From Amphiscolops sp. MND2022 (Eukaryota), in the NCBI GenBank assembly GCA_964187785.1, contig OZ076409.1:49292001-49356000 (forward strand): a DNA stretch of 64,000 bases, given 5' to 3'. This document shows positions 9,855 to 22,840 of the stretch, piece after piece. The notes under the pieces are model-generated. The model was not told where the DNA came from, made no database searches, and saw only the letters and a list, made by a program, of their open reading frames with translations. Made by a program: the position numbers and the translations under genes. The stretch's first letter is position 1. Each line of letters begins with the position of its first letter.

Positions 9855-10385
9855 AAACAAGCCGGCAACGGCATAAGGCTCAAAAACAGCAAAAGAATTT
9901 CAAAGCGTAAAAGATTTTCTTTTGAATAAATTCTCGATTCCACAGTACCAAAAAACCCAAAGGGTGACCCTTTTGGGCCCCATAAGGGCTTTTTTTGCTC
10001 TCAGCCGCACGAAAAATATATCTATTTATCAAGGCAAATTATTTTATCAAGGCTTCTATCAGAAATTTATTATTTTTTATCAACTTTTTTTTCCAAAACT
10101 ACCAAAAACCAAAATGGGAACCTTGTGATAAATAAAAGAGTTTCCGAAAAACAGTCTCAAAGTAGCAAAAAAACGCCAAAAAAACAACCCTCAATGCTTC
10201 ATTGTATTCAAATAATTCTGTCAAAATTTGAAAGGGAGGCTCCCTACGAACAATGTTCTAGTTTTAGGAGTTTCGTGAAAATTTGGCATTCGGCATGAAA
10301 TGGTCAGTTCGACCGGAATGAAAAAAAATTGCTACGAAAATTCATAGTAGTCGCGTTTTATTTCATAAAGCGCCAACTAAAAATA
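9855..10385 (-). mobile_element. Helentron/DINE-1-like non-autonomous element, family A
   Basis: AAACAAGCCGGCAACGGC at one end and TAGTCGCG...GCGCCAACTAAAAA at the other, shared with other copies. Confidence 0.6.
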
Positions 10386-10481
10386 AAATGAACATGATCC
10401 TAAAATTTTCCGAAAATCCGGAACTTCTTGAGAACAATTTTTCAGGAATTTTCATAATGCTTGTTATTGACTGATTTGAAA

Positions 10482-11064
10482 TCAACTAACAATGTTATCG
10501 TTCGTTGTATCATCTCCTGGAAAGTCATCATCAAAGAAAAGTTCATTTGCAGCACTCTGAAGGTTGTCATTTTTGTTGATGATGCCAATTTCGTCTTCTA
10601 TAACACAAAAAGACAAGTCAGTAAAATCGACCTTGTAATAACAGTTTTCCCAATAAGGTTCCTGTCGAAAGTTGAACTTACCGGTAACATCGAGATTCTT
10701 ATGACTCAGATCTTCCACCGACTGAGTGCCAATAGATCTCTTTCTTTCCTTATTAGGAAGATTCTCACTCAAAGTCTTCAAGATCTGTGCCAACTCAGGA
10801 CTGGTCTGGTTATTGGCGGCTGGCATTCCTCCATAATAGGGCATAAAGATAATCTGCGGAGTGGAATTTTGTCCTGGAATCTGGTTGAATGCTCCTGGAT
10901 TCATTGTTTGGGGGTTGAAGGAATAGGGTGACATAGGATTGCCCATTTGAGAAACTTGATTTGAGAGGTTGTTCGGAGATCCAGATCCATAGGAGGTGGG
11001 GCTGAACTGGGGAAAATTGTTGTTTGGAGTGAAAATTGGCTGAAGGTCTCCACATCCTCTGCAC
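10482..11064 (-). CDS. Probable terminal coding exon of a host gene (P/N/Q-rich, acidic C-terminus), function unknown
   Basis: Acceptor TATTTTAG|G at 11064, then an open frame CRGCGDLQPIFTPNN...MGNPMSPY...FFDDDFPGDDTTNDNIVS*. Confidence 0.5.
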
Positions 11065-12136
11065 CTAAAATATTTCAGTTTTCAAAGAATTTCGAATATA
11101 ATGGTTTTTGTTTTTGCGTGATTTTCGTCTGATTTTACCTCTTCAATAAAGAGCTCAGATTATCCTATCCATCGGTCCGAATTTTCAGGTTGAATATCCT
11201 AAACGTTTTTTTCCACTCAACCCATTTTCGCATGTTTAGATCTTTTCTAACCGTGTTTTGAACATTGTTAAAAACATTATTTAAAAGAGCAAATTGTCAC
11301 TTTAATTTTTCAGATTTTTTAATGATGTCACCACCCGCAGCATGAAGAAAACGAAATGCAATCTGGTTGTAATATGAGTGGAAAAGCAAAATGCAAATAC
11401 TGCTCTTGGGAAACCGTCTATTAGAACTCGAATGAACGAACACTTTAATCAAGAGCAAGCAAATAACAACGAAACAGAGAATAAACACCCCACTATGAAA
11501 ATTTATAAAGCCAACAAACTCAAAAACAATTCTATAAATCGATTGGCCAATTGTTTTTTTTGCTTGTAACATGCTATTTCATGCAGGAATCTCCAACAAA
11601 TTTCAAAAAAATGATTACAGTGCTTGCCAAGAGTTTTATCAAAAACCTAGATACAAGTGATAACAAGCGATTATTTGTTCGAAATAACTAAGGAAGTCAT
11701 CACGGAAGTGTAACGTGGGCTACCAGTGTAACGTGGTTGTCATAGTTACCGATAGTGTAAACAAGCCGGGAACGACATAAATCGGCGCCATATCTAAGGC
11801 TTAAAAATAGCAAAAGGACATAAACGGGTCAAAAAAGTAGGCGCGCTAAAAGGGGGACCCTTTTGCATTTTTCAACATCCATTGTTGCAAAACATCAAAA
11901 AATTGGACGGGGACCCTTTGGTGAAATTTTTTTCGATAAAAAGTCTTAGTGCCGGAAAAACTGGAAGGGGGACCCTTTAGTCTTTCCCGGTATTGTACGT
12001 TACGCAGAAAAAGAGGAAAAACCAGTTTGGTTCAGTTCGCAAGGCCAAATGACGCAATTTGAGACGATAAAACTTCGTAGAACTTTTAAGAACTATTTTG
12101 GTCAGTTCGTGTCGGATGTAAAAAAAGTTGTAGTCG

Positions 12137-12727
12137 CTAAATGTCATGAACATTTAGGTCAGGGAAATCTTTATTTAACTGATTCTCTTCCTGTTCATTT
12201 CTCAAGTTGTTCTTTGCGTTTAGGCTTCGCTGAACTTCGGAATTTAGTTCCGGTCTCTCAGACGGAACGTCCCATCCTTTTCTGGTCCCGTGTCCCGAAC
12301 CGGCCATGATGACATTTTGGATCTGAGGAAGCACCTGAGTGCTTATTGCATCACTTACGGCTCTTTGTATCTGGACACTCACGGAATTCATCATCTCGTC
12401 CATTTCTCGTGAAATGCGGGAATTTAGCTCGCTTGACAACCTGTTTATCTCAGCACTAGAATTGCCGTTCACTGAGTTACGGTCACATTCGGTATTTGTC
12501 CTTGAATTAATATTTCTCTGATTTCTACTTATGTTCCCGTCCTCATTTTCAGATTCATTGATTGCAAAGCTTCTAGATCTCCTGGGCAAGTTGCTATTTA
12601 AACTGCCTTCTCTTTCCCTCATACTAAAATGGTTTTCACCTAACATGATATCTAAGTTCTCGATATCAGATAACGTTTCGAGTCCTCTCGACTTTCTTGC
12701 CTTCTTTTGTTTTCTGGTTGTAGGCAT
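12137..12727 (-). CDS. LTR-encoded ORF (MPTTRKQKK..., coiled-coil), probably the gag N-terminus; it stops only in flanking DNA
   Basis: About 196 codons run through the LTR end (...VHD = CATGACA); the stop is supplied by the TSD/flank. Confidence 0.65.
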   Translation of the reverse strand: MPTTRKQKKARKSRGLETLSDIENLDIMLGENHFSMREREGSLNSNLPRRSRSFAINESENEDGNISRNQRNINSRTNTECDRNSVNGNSSAEINRLSSELNSRISREMDEMMNSVSVQIQRAVSDAISTQVLPQIQNVIMAGSGHGTRKGWDVPSERPELNSEVQRSLNAKNNLRNEQEENQLNKDFPDLNVHDI

Positions 12728-14007
12728 CAATCAAAACCGGGTTGAATATTTTAAACATTTAAACCGGAAAGCTGACAGAATAACTGTATTGAGTATTTAA
12801 GTAACTTTACTAGTGTAAGGTCAACTGAACTAATGAATTCCCCTAACAGGGCGGTAGTATTTATACTGCTTGGGGAATGACTATCACATTTTTTACATAA
12901 CTAGTCAAGATGATAGGATCATGGGATTCATCACTTCATATGGAAATTCCTCGACGAACTGCATACCATTAGGGGACATTTAAGGAATGGCATCTAAAAT
13001 CATCATATCAATCAATAGCTTCAAACAATATACCGATCAAGGCTACTTATATCAAAGTGTCAACAAATGTCACCGCTTACATATTTTACACTGACGTAAG
13101 GTAGAGGCACGTGCCGGCACACGTTTACTGCTGATCGAGTTGAGAATGGAATGTGCCCTTATATGAAGAATTCTGATACTGCACTAATATGTGTAAAAAT
13201 ACAATTTCATATTAAGGCCGGAATAGGCTCAAGTCCACGACATAAACTGCACACTTGGAAAACACAGTAGAATGGACCTAATTGTCCATTTCGTCTTGGT
13301 CGGGATTATTCAAGCATCAAAGTATTACAAATGCATCTATTAAGTTTGAATCACAAATTTGTTTGCTCCGAATAAGTACTGATTTTAGTTAAGCAACAAT
13401 GTATTACTACACTTGAACTGGCCGGAACCGGCCATTTGACTAAAGTGCTAGCCTAAGTGAGCGGCACTCAGTCAATAGGCCTTACTCGGCCATTATAAAT
13501 GAAAGCACTCATATGAACAAAGGAACGATCTGATTGGTTAATAGTTGTACTGGAAGTTACGTCGCCGAGAAAGGACGTTTTCGCACTCGAACACGTTTCC
13601 TTCTCGCGATTAACTTGCACATTGTACGTTACCGCTTCAATCTAATTTTACATTCAACTTGTAATACAACTTTGCAACTTTTACTAATTTCAACACAACA
13701 ACTCGATTTGGATAATTCCAAATCGTAATTTTAACAGACTAATATGGCTCTATTACATATAATCTAAACAGGATGGAACCACTATAAAAGCACAACAATT
13801 TCAACATTGAAATAAGGGAACTTGTACCTATAAGGCTTTTGTTGGTTAATTTACAAAAGTACTATAACTATATAAATACATGCAACGAATGGGACAGTTT
13901 AACCAGTTCCGAGTTTTCTCAATAAATTGGCAGTGTCCCTGGTGCCACCTCTTGCCCGATGGTTGTCGTTGTTATCCTGGTGCCGTCACAGGCGGCAGCC
14001 TGCGACA
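12142..14007 (-). mobile_element. Solo LTR (1866 bp) with 5-bp TSD CTAAA
   Basis: CTAAA-TGTCA...CGACA-CTAAA, with TG..CA termini. Confidence 0.88.
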
Positions 14008-14264
14008 CTAAAAGAGTTATAGAGTTAAAAAAACTATTATAGTCGCGTTTCACTTCTTACAGCGCCGACTAAAAAATGGAAAACTGCGAAATCTAGCATC
14101 TTTGTATCTGCGGTAGATTGTCAAAATCTCAAAGAAATTTGACACCGTGCCCCATCATGAAATTTTCCAACTTTTTAGTCTCAACTGCTCTTTACGAAAA
14201 GTAACAAATAATCTCGGGAAATTTGCGTCTGCGTTATTGACTATATTTCCGAGTTCTGTGTGTT

Positions 14265-14360
14265 TGGAGAGTATTTTCAGCAACCTCGGGTCTGCACACT
14301 ATGAAATACGCACCGGCTAAGAAATCAGAAAGCAAATGAGCTTGCATCATGTTTTAGACT
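14265..14360 (+). pseudogene. hAT transposase C-terminal dimerization remnant
   Basis: PSSVCLESIFSNLGSAH..IR resembles the S.ERxFS...RNRL motif; contains a stop and frameshift. Confidence 0.4.
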
Positions 14361-14499
14361 TATAAATTCAATTTTTGACTTTTCGAAATCATTTTTAGTT
14401 TCGACATATTTCAAATACAAGATTTTTACGTTTTAAACGTTTTAAACAGACAAAGTTTTATTTGTTGTCGTATCCCCGAACTTGGAAACCGCGTGTTTT

Positions 14500-16370
14500 C
14501 CCGAATTTTGCCATATTCGAAGTTTAGATCCATGTTAAATAGTATCACCAATAAAATTCAACTGACATAAATTTATTTTCAAGCGATATGTTTTCGTAGA
14601 GATTTCTGGACTTTTTGCTTGACACCAAAGACCCCAGAATGACCCAAAAGTGACAAAAAGTGCAAAACTTCAGCATTTTAACTTTTATATGCAAATTTTT
14701 GGTCAAATTTTTGATAGACCTGGTTGCTTAGAATGTTAGAAACGTAACTGGTAAGGAATTCATTCCTCAAGAGGCCTCGTTGAAGATAAAAGGGCGGTTT
14801 TTTAGTCAGAAACAAGTCCGAGACCAAAAATGACAAAAACTCCAAAAAGTTCATATTTTTCAACATTTATTTGCATTTTTGTCAAATTATCAAGAAACTT
14901 CGTAGATTAAAAAGTACAAACGTTCAACAAGAAGAAAACACGTTGTCTTGGAGACGTCTGTGAAGAGATAAGAGAATTTGTCTAAGAAAAATGTCTACAT
15001 TCATCCAAAACTAACAAAACTAAAATATTTGAGTTTTTGTCGTCTTTCGAACATTTTGTGTACAATTGTGAGTGTTCTCATTGTTCAGAGGGTTCAAAAC
15101 GTTCAAATATGAAAGAACTAGTTTTTCAATACACCTTTTGGTAGAGAAAGTTGAAGTGTATTACTTCAAAAATATTTCAGAATGACCCCAAGTGAGTGGA
15201 AAAATCAGACAATTCCGTTTTTTCCATTGGTTGATAGTAATTTCCAAGAAATTTATGAATCTCTTCGTAATTAGAATGTTAAAAACGTTCAAAAACTTTT
15301 GAAATTGTTCTCAATTTGGCCTATTGAAAAGTATCCACATGCTTACATTGGAAAGTTCTACGGAAAGACCCCAAAAATCTCAATTATGATGTCTTTAATT
15401 CACAAATTTAAAACGCTGCATGGGAAAGAATATGAGATGAAGTTCGAAAACAAGGGAGTGAAAAAATCCAAAGTTTCTCTTTTATCGACTGCATACTGCC
15501 ACTTTTGGACAATTTCCAAAGATTTATATATCAAAGGAAACATTGGCTGCTCAGGGTCAAATCATGAAGCGATCAAAACGGGTTCCGAAAAGCAATAGCA
15601 CTACTGTGAAAAAATTCGAAAATCGAAAAAAAATTCCTCGAAACTGTAATTTATTTTCAACTTTTTTGTTCAATAGTTGTTATTCACTGAGCTCAAAACG
15701 AAATAATCACCTATGCAGTACGCCTTTGAATAAAAAGTTTTGCAGTTTTTTTGGGTAGAAAATACACAGAACAGAAATACTTCTAAAAATACAAAAGTGT
15801 TTCCATGCAAGTTTTGTTATTTTTCCGAGGTTTTTCGAGTGTTAGAATGGTGTAAGTACTCACCATCGACTAAATTCGGTGTTCAGTAGGCATTTTGGAA
15901 AGTCAAAATGACCCAAAGGCATCGAAGTTTTCCAATTTTTGAAATTCTTGTTGACTTTTTGTGTACATAGACTTATAAAAGTTTGATAGGTTAGGTACTG
16001 GTTTTCACTTAGTTATACAACAAAAAAAATCGGTACTTAGCGTATTCTCAAATCGGATGTTTCCCTTAAAATGGCAAGAGATGAATCAAATGGTTCCAAA
16101 CTTCCAATCTTTCCATCTTCTATGCATTTTCATAGTGCATTGGCTACTTTTGAGCCTCAAAAATATGTCGTAGTAAAAACGTTTGGAGCGGAAAGTGTTT
16201 CCCGCTGGTCAGCGGGCGTATTGTTGAAAAAATGGTTTCACTAAAATTTGATTCAAGGGTAAAATATTGTTTTTGAAACGTTTGAGGGTAATGAGAAAAG
16301 CCGTATATCTCTAACACTTGTATAAAAAAGACGAAGTGTAAGCTGGCTGTTGCGCGGTGACTAGGCACAT
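14500..16370 (+). repeat. Family B non-autonomous element with degenerate ~125-bp internal repeats
   Basis: ACCCCAGAATGACCCAAAA block and recurring AAACGTTCAA motifs, shared with 58860-59157 (inverted) and 62365-63665. Boundaries are approximate. Confidence 0.55.
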
Positions 16371-16399
16371 ACTATATTCAAGATATAGAATCGATTTTA

Positions 16400-19355
16400 C
16401 TATGAAATTGTAAACCTGAAAATGCATGGCAAGTTACATCCTTTGACGAGTTGTCCATTGTTGATTCCTATCACCGAGTGATGGGTTGAGTTCAGATCCA
16501 TAATGGAAGTTCTGTGACCGTCACAACCATGTCCATTCATTGGCATTGACACTGGGGTCATTCTGTTGTTGCTAGCTATAATTTTCAAGAGTTCAATTAT
16601 CCAAATTTCTCACGGAAGTGAGGAAGAAATCCAACAATGAAAAATTTTTCATTCTTTGAGTTTTCTGATGTAACAATGTTTCCAAAATGCTCAGAATTTT
16701 GGCTGCATCTCAAAGCTCCTTTTAAACAGAGCTGCAAGCTCTTTAATTATTTTCTTATTTTCAGCAGTCATTTCGTCCGCAAAATTGGAAGAACTCATAA
16801 TTACTCAAAGATTATTTTGTATCTTGAAAAGCTATCGCAATAGAGTAGCTTGTAAACAGGACTCGTAAGACTTTGATATTTTTGATTTACCTTTTTCTTG
16901 AAGTTATTGATGTTTTTTGTTTGGGCTGAAAAACAATATTGCTGAAATTTCTGGCACTATACTGCATATTATTATTATAAAGGCTTCGTGGCTATTGTCA
17001 CAGGGAGGGTCGCTCCCATATTTAAGACATTTGGTTGACACGACAATTTTTACATAGGTAAATACAGATCCAACTACAAGGATCGTTTGGCGTCCAGTTT
17101 TCTAATAGAGATCCAACAGTTTCTGCCCTGGATACCTCAAAGTCAAGATTTTTCGAAGAAATTTATACCCACCATTCAGAATAGGGGTCTTGCTCCTGTA
17201 ACTTGGGGGCTCATCGTAAATATAACTTGCAGGGGTTCTCAGCATCTCCAGTTCTCGGAACAGAGAAGCAATCTCTTCGTCATCGGGGTCATTTTTGCTC
17301 AGCGCCATTGGACTTTTCGAAGTTAACCTTTTCTTGCGAGTGTCAATGCTCCGAGTGGGGGTCACGCGCTGACTCGACGGATAAGAAGGAGGCTGGGTTC
17401 TCTGTTCACGTACAAAGGATTTGTTTTTTTTTCAACAATGTAGCAATATTCTTAATTAAACTGGTTTTTTCTGGTACCTCTAAATTGAAAATGAAAACTT
17501 TTTCCTTATTTGTGTAAATTTAAAAGCCAAAAATTCAAGAACATTTTGAGATTAATTGAAGAATTAACATTGAAAAAAGTGTAGTTAGTTCGCTTCAAAA
17601 TCAGAAATTGAAGAATTGAATTTCGATTTTATTTTATTGCAAAAACTAAACTTATGTGGTATTTTTGAACAAGCTATCTCTCTTCGACCCAATAAACTAT
17701 TAAAAGATAAAACTAACAGATGCTGACACGTCTACAAGCTTTTGCAATTTTTCTAAAATTCCGATCTGAAAAGTCGAGTTCAAACTTGGCGCAATTATCC
17801 AGAAATGCTTCAATAGTGACACGTGAGAACATCTCAAATTTTGAATACAAATTCAGCATACCTGGATGTGTTTGTCCGGTTTATACACTGGCATGGTTCG
17901 GGAGGAATTTCTGCCGCTGACTGGAGTTGCTCTATTCTCAGTTCCAACAGAACGCAAAGAGGTTCTGCTTCCAAATCGATCTGAAGCCAATCAAATATTA
18001 ATGTCAGAAAGTGCACAAAACATGCAATATTTTTAATCGCACCTTTTAACATTGCAAACAAGGTTACGTTTTGATGTTTCACCGCCGATATTGAACGTGC
18101 TTATTATCATTAAACGTTTGGATTAATTTGAATCGATTGGAGGTTCTCAAAAGCTTCAAATCAAATCAATCATTAGACAAGATGAATGCCCACATTACTC
18201 GAAGCTTAGTCGAGAACTATTACTGTCTGAAGAATATACTTAAAAGTTCAAGTTTGAAGTATGGAAAACTGTTCTTGAAAAGGAATATCGGATTGGAACA
18301 TGCACCTGAATTTGAAATAGTATAGTTCGGAAGTTTTTTCTTCATTGTAGTTTTCATGGAGTTTCTTCAGTTGAACGAACTCTAATTACGAGTATTGGAC
18401 GAAGACTAAAATAGAGCTTCAAAGTTTTCCTCAGAAGAGGTAAACAACTCAAACATTCAAAAGCAGTTGATCAAACTTCGAAATTAATATTTGAAAAAGT
18501 AATAACTTACGTTTTCAAAAGAAGCAGAAGCTTCTGAGAGGCTTTTGGTGACATGGAATTTTTGCCTGGCAAAAAGTACTTTGTTTTTTATTACAATGAT
18601 TTACCATGAAGTTGTATGTATGAACCATGGATCATAACTAGATTATCAAGGATGAATCTTGAAAGATCATTAATGATTCGAGATCTGGTGCAAAAGAAGG
18701 TCAATTCAATCACGATTCTCCAACAAGAAATGTGTAGAAAAATTCATGACAATAGATGATTGCAACCCAATATTCTCAAGTCTGGAGAATTTATTTGTAA
18801 ACTTGCTGATAGAATATTCTGTTGCTAGCATCCACAAAATTGCTTGAAATAACTTGTGTTTTGAGCCTTTTATGTTGCAATCAAGTTCAAATGCATTTAG
18901 CATAAATTATCAAAACATCGGTTCAAGAGTCATTTCGAACTGAATCTTCAAACTCAAATTTTTGTTGGCCCAAAACAGTTTCAAAGTAACTCACCCAAAG
19001 TTTTTTCGATGCTTTTCACTCTATCTCTCAGTTCCTTCTGCGAAGACACGAGGAAATGATCGTCGGCGGATCTCGGATTCAGAACCGATAATTGGGTGTC
19101 GTCATCCATGAGAGATTTCCGAGGAGCTGCCACCATCACTGCTGGAATGTTACTTGGTGCTTCGTTCAGCAGGCTGTTAGTTGAAAGTGGACGGGTTCCG
19201 TTCAATGGTTTTAGGCTTGAACTATTCGATGGTATGAATAAGTTTTTCTCGTACCTCAAGCCGTCCAGATGTAGAGGTCGTGAATCATTCTTGAGTTCGC
19301 GTCGCATACCGTGTTTCGGACAGAAATTCGTCTTTACTGAAGTTGTAGCCAGCAT
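16400..19355 (-). CDS. Multi-exon host gene of unknown function (may continue to the 10482-11064 exon)
   Basis: Exon from ATG 19355 to donor TTGG|GTGAGT near 18994. In-phase exon GKNSMSPKASQKLLLLLK near 18512-18565 with GTAAGT donor. Exon IDLEAEPLC...NTS near 17862-17980 with CAG/GTATG. Further coding-like segments at 17170-17480 and 16440-16570; not all phases resolved. Confidence 0.55.
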
Positions 19356-20681
19356 TTTGTATCTTTTTTATTGAAGTCGAATCGGGCGTCTCCAATTTTT
19401 CTTCAAATGTTGAAAAATTATGACTCAAAGCATGATGAAAATCACATATCTTTTTGATGTTACTGAAGCTAGTCAGTAATCAAAATTAATGACGCACGTT
19501 TTGGTTGAAAGAAGCATTAATTTTTGGCTCACTGCTAGACAGATCAGTCTGTATAATGATTAAGATTTGGAATGCAGTCTTTTTTATTCATGAAAAACAG
19601 CAGAGTAGAAAAAGTTGTCCAGTTTCAAAAATTGTTATACTGAATAATAAGTTCTTTTTCTTTGCGACGCTTCGTTAAAGTGAACAAAAATAGAACCGAT
19701 TTATGGATTGAAAAGCGCTTCAAAGTGCAATTAAGTGATTTTCACAACAGGTTTTCTAACCGAACAGTGTTCAATTGCTCAATCATGCTCCGATAACTCA
19801 AAGAAAACGCAGTTCCGAAGCAAGGCATCAGATGATTCTGGTGCTCACTTTAACGAAAATGCTGATATGAGCTCTTGAGAAAATAATTTTCACGCAGAAT
19901 TGATGCGATTAAGCACCAACAAGGTTTGAACAGGTTTCCTAGAGCTTTTGACAACCATGATGATGTACCAGTAGCTAACCTTTACAAATGATATATGAAA
20001 ATGTGAAAACTTGATTTTGAAGAGACAAGAAAGTCGGTTGAAATACTGGATCAAATATTGCAGAACTGAGAATAATCATGTAGGTGAGTTGGAAGAAAAA
20101 GGCTTTAAGTTGAAAGTGGCAACAAAGGTAGCAATTAACGAAAAGGCTGCTAACAATTGTTAAGGAAAAAATCCTTAAGGAAAAATGAAAACTCCCCTAA
20201 TGAAACATGTATGAAGCTACTGGGGCTAAACGGTCCGTATTGTATATGTGAATTTTGAAAAACAAAATATGAAATAACTCTGTAAATTTTCACTTATTCT
20301 TCATTTTTCTTAAACGTTTGAAATTTTCCTTCTTCTAACGGTTCTCAAAATCGCGAACAACATGATAAATGGGCTTCTGTGGTTCAGACTACGTTCGAAG
20401 AGTCGCAATCAGTTTTTATGACGTTTTGCGGGAGTTTTATTATTTCCGTTCGATGACGTCGGTCCAGAAGCTAATTTTACTTCTGAATTCCACTTTCAGT
20501 ACAATGTAGTGGGCTCATTTTCCCACAAAAGTAAACTGAATGTTGAGGTCCTCTACTTCCGATGGGTCCGGTGAGCAGCTAGTGAAAAACAGTCAACATG
20601 TTTGTACAAACGGGATTTCATTATCAGGGTGCTTAAATCCATCTGGGAATGAAGAAACAAAATCCTTGGTTGTGGAAAGAT

Positions 20682-21136
20682 AACAAGCCGGGAACGGCCA
20701 AAGTCGGCGCTATACCTAAGGCTCAAAATTGTAAAAGGGGGACCCTATGGGCTTTGTGAAACTCCAGCTGGTTGCAAAATATGAAAAAATTAAAGGGGGA
20801 CCCTTGGGAGATTTTGAGAAATACCCGAAAAAAATGAGCTTTTAAACAGTGTCACAGTGCCGAAAAATGTAAAAGGGGGGACCCTTTGGGATTTTTGACA
20901 TCCATTGTGTTGCAAAATATCGAAACGAACAAAGGGGAGACCCTTTGGTGGAATCCAAAAAACTTGGGGTCCTATGTTGTCGAGGTTCTGTACGCCGATG
21001 TTTTTGTTTTGGACGAATTTATGGCGTTTCGAGTATGTTTTGGACGTCCGTAGTTCAAGTTGATGATGTTGAACAAATGAACAAAAAAGTGGACCGATCG
21101 CCATGAACTATTTTCTTTGAAAACGCCGAATAAAAA
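20682..21136 (-). mobile_element. Family A DINE-like element
   Basis: AACAAGCCGGGAACGGCCAAAGTCGGCGCT ... ACGCCGAATAAAAA with internal AAAGGGGGACCC repeats. Confidence 0.65.
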
Positions 21137-21651
21137 CTGAAACATGTGACGAATATCCGCTCAAGGTAACATGTGTTAATCACCGTAGATTTGGAAAGAT
21201 ATGCCCTTGCTTCTTTACTTGTCCTGGCCCTCTAATTCAAACACTGCGCAAAAAATAATTCCTATGTAATCATACTGATTCGCCTAGTCGCAAAATAGAT
21301 GCAATCTCAACTTTGGTAATGCTTTGTTTTGAGGATAACATGGTGTTGACCTCGGAGTGCAGGAACGTTCACAACATTTACACACAACATTTACGTTCAC
21401 TTCTTGTGCAAGTGAAAAGCGGATTTGTGAAGTGAATAACAGTATGGTGATATAACAAAACGCCAGTGAAGCATCGGAATAGTTTCCGCGCTAGAAAGTT
21501 CAGAATGCAGATCAAATCTGAAAAACATGATAAGTTGGAAATGCTGATTACGTAGCTATTATATTATTACCTTCAAATGACTTCCGAAATTACTGAAACC
21601 TCATAGCGATGTCTTTTGAGAAAAATGACGTCACATAGAGTTTGTGTATAT

Positions 21652-21851
21652 NNNNNNNNNNNNNNNNNNNNNNNNNNNNNNNNNNNNNNNNNNNNNNNNN
21701 NNNNNNNNNNNNNNNNNNNNNNNNNNNNNNNNNNNNNNNNNNNNNNNNNNNNNNNNNNNNNNNNNNNNNNNNNNNNNNNNNNNNNNNNNNNNNNNNNNNN
21801 NNNNNNNNNNNNNNNNNNNNNNNNNNNNNNNNNNNNNNNNNNNNNNNNNNN
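21652..21851. other. Assembly gap (200 N)
   Basis: Run of N. Confidence 1.
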
Positions 21852-22713
21852 GATGTGTTGTACTACAATTTCATTGGATTGGCTAAAAGCGCAATTTTAG
21901 TTAACTAAGTAATGCCTGTTTGTGAATCTCTTAGAACACATTTCTTGTACGCCGACCTGCCATAATTCGATCTATCGCTATTTACGATTCTTTTTATCAA
22001 AGTTACCACAGATTGGAAATTTCAAACTTTTGGGAAATACTTTAAAAGATATCAAACGTTTCGAGTACATTTAAATTTCGATCGTATCGTCAAGTGAGAT
22101 CTAAACTTACTTAAATGGAAACAGGGTTTTTAAAATACGTTTGAGTCATGTCCACAAGCAGCTGATGTATTTTAATTGACATTTCAGTCGCCTGTCACAG
22201 CAACTTTTTCGAAGTGCTACTAGATCTTACTCATTGTCCTTATTGTATTTTTTTTCAGTTGTTTTAGACTCTAATCATGAAATTTTAGATGATATCAGAT
22301 CTTTCAGCGGATAGTTTTAGCTTCTATCAGATCATCTTCCGGTAATTGTGAATCACATTCTTCCCGGGTTGGATCTCCGTGCATGAAACTACACTTAAAA
22401 CACCATCCAGCTTTGATTGTGCCACGATTTGTACTATGATTGGCGTGATGTCCTCATCATAAGATCGTACTACGAAAATGCATGTTGTCACAGTCCGCTC
22501 CAAGACTGGCGTGCAGCTGCAGACGTATACATCTCGGACACGGATGCTTAATGAAGGTAAAATACTGTTAAAACTAAATAACCTAAACCGAGACAAACAA
22601 ATCTCTGACCTAAACTCACTCTTAGGAAATGAGAAATTGAAGCTTGAACCAAATAGGAAACAAAGTTGTATTCTCCACGTCTCTTGTGACGCAATTAAAT
22701 GGCAGGCGGCTAT

Positions 22714-22836
22714 TCACAAGTCCGAAAATAAATTTGGGTTGCACAAGTCCGAAAATAAATTTGGGTTGCACAAGTCCGAAAATAAATTTGGGTTGCACAA
22801 GTCTGAAAATGAATTTGGGTTGCACAAGTCCGAAAA
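22714..22836. repeat. 27-bp minisatellite, about 4.5 copies
   Basis: CACAAGTCCGAAAATAAATTTGGGTTG in tandem. Confidence 0.95.
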
Positions 22837-22840
22837 ATGC

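Larger units (their letters stand above)
11759..14076 (-). mobile_element. Family A DINE-like element interrupted by a solo LTR
   Basis: AAACAAGCCGGGAACG...ATCGGCGCC at the left end and ATAGTCGCG...AGCGCCGACTAAAAAA at the right end. Confidence 0.65.

Noticed and set aside
19780..20220. Coding-like plus-strand stretch
   Set aside because: Interrupted by stops in the frames tried and no motif recognised.
21616..21908. ORFs across the N run
   Set aside because: Artefacts of the assembly gap.
22327..22550. Possible minus-strand exon (VYVCSCTP...NYRKMI)
   Set aside because: Coding-like, but no recognisable domain, and no partner exons could be linked; left uncalled.
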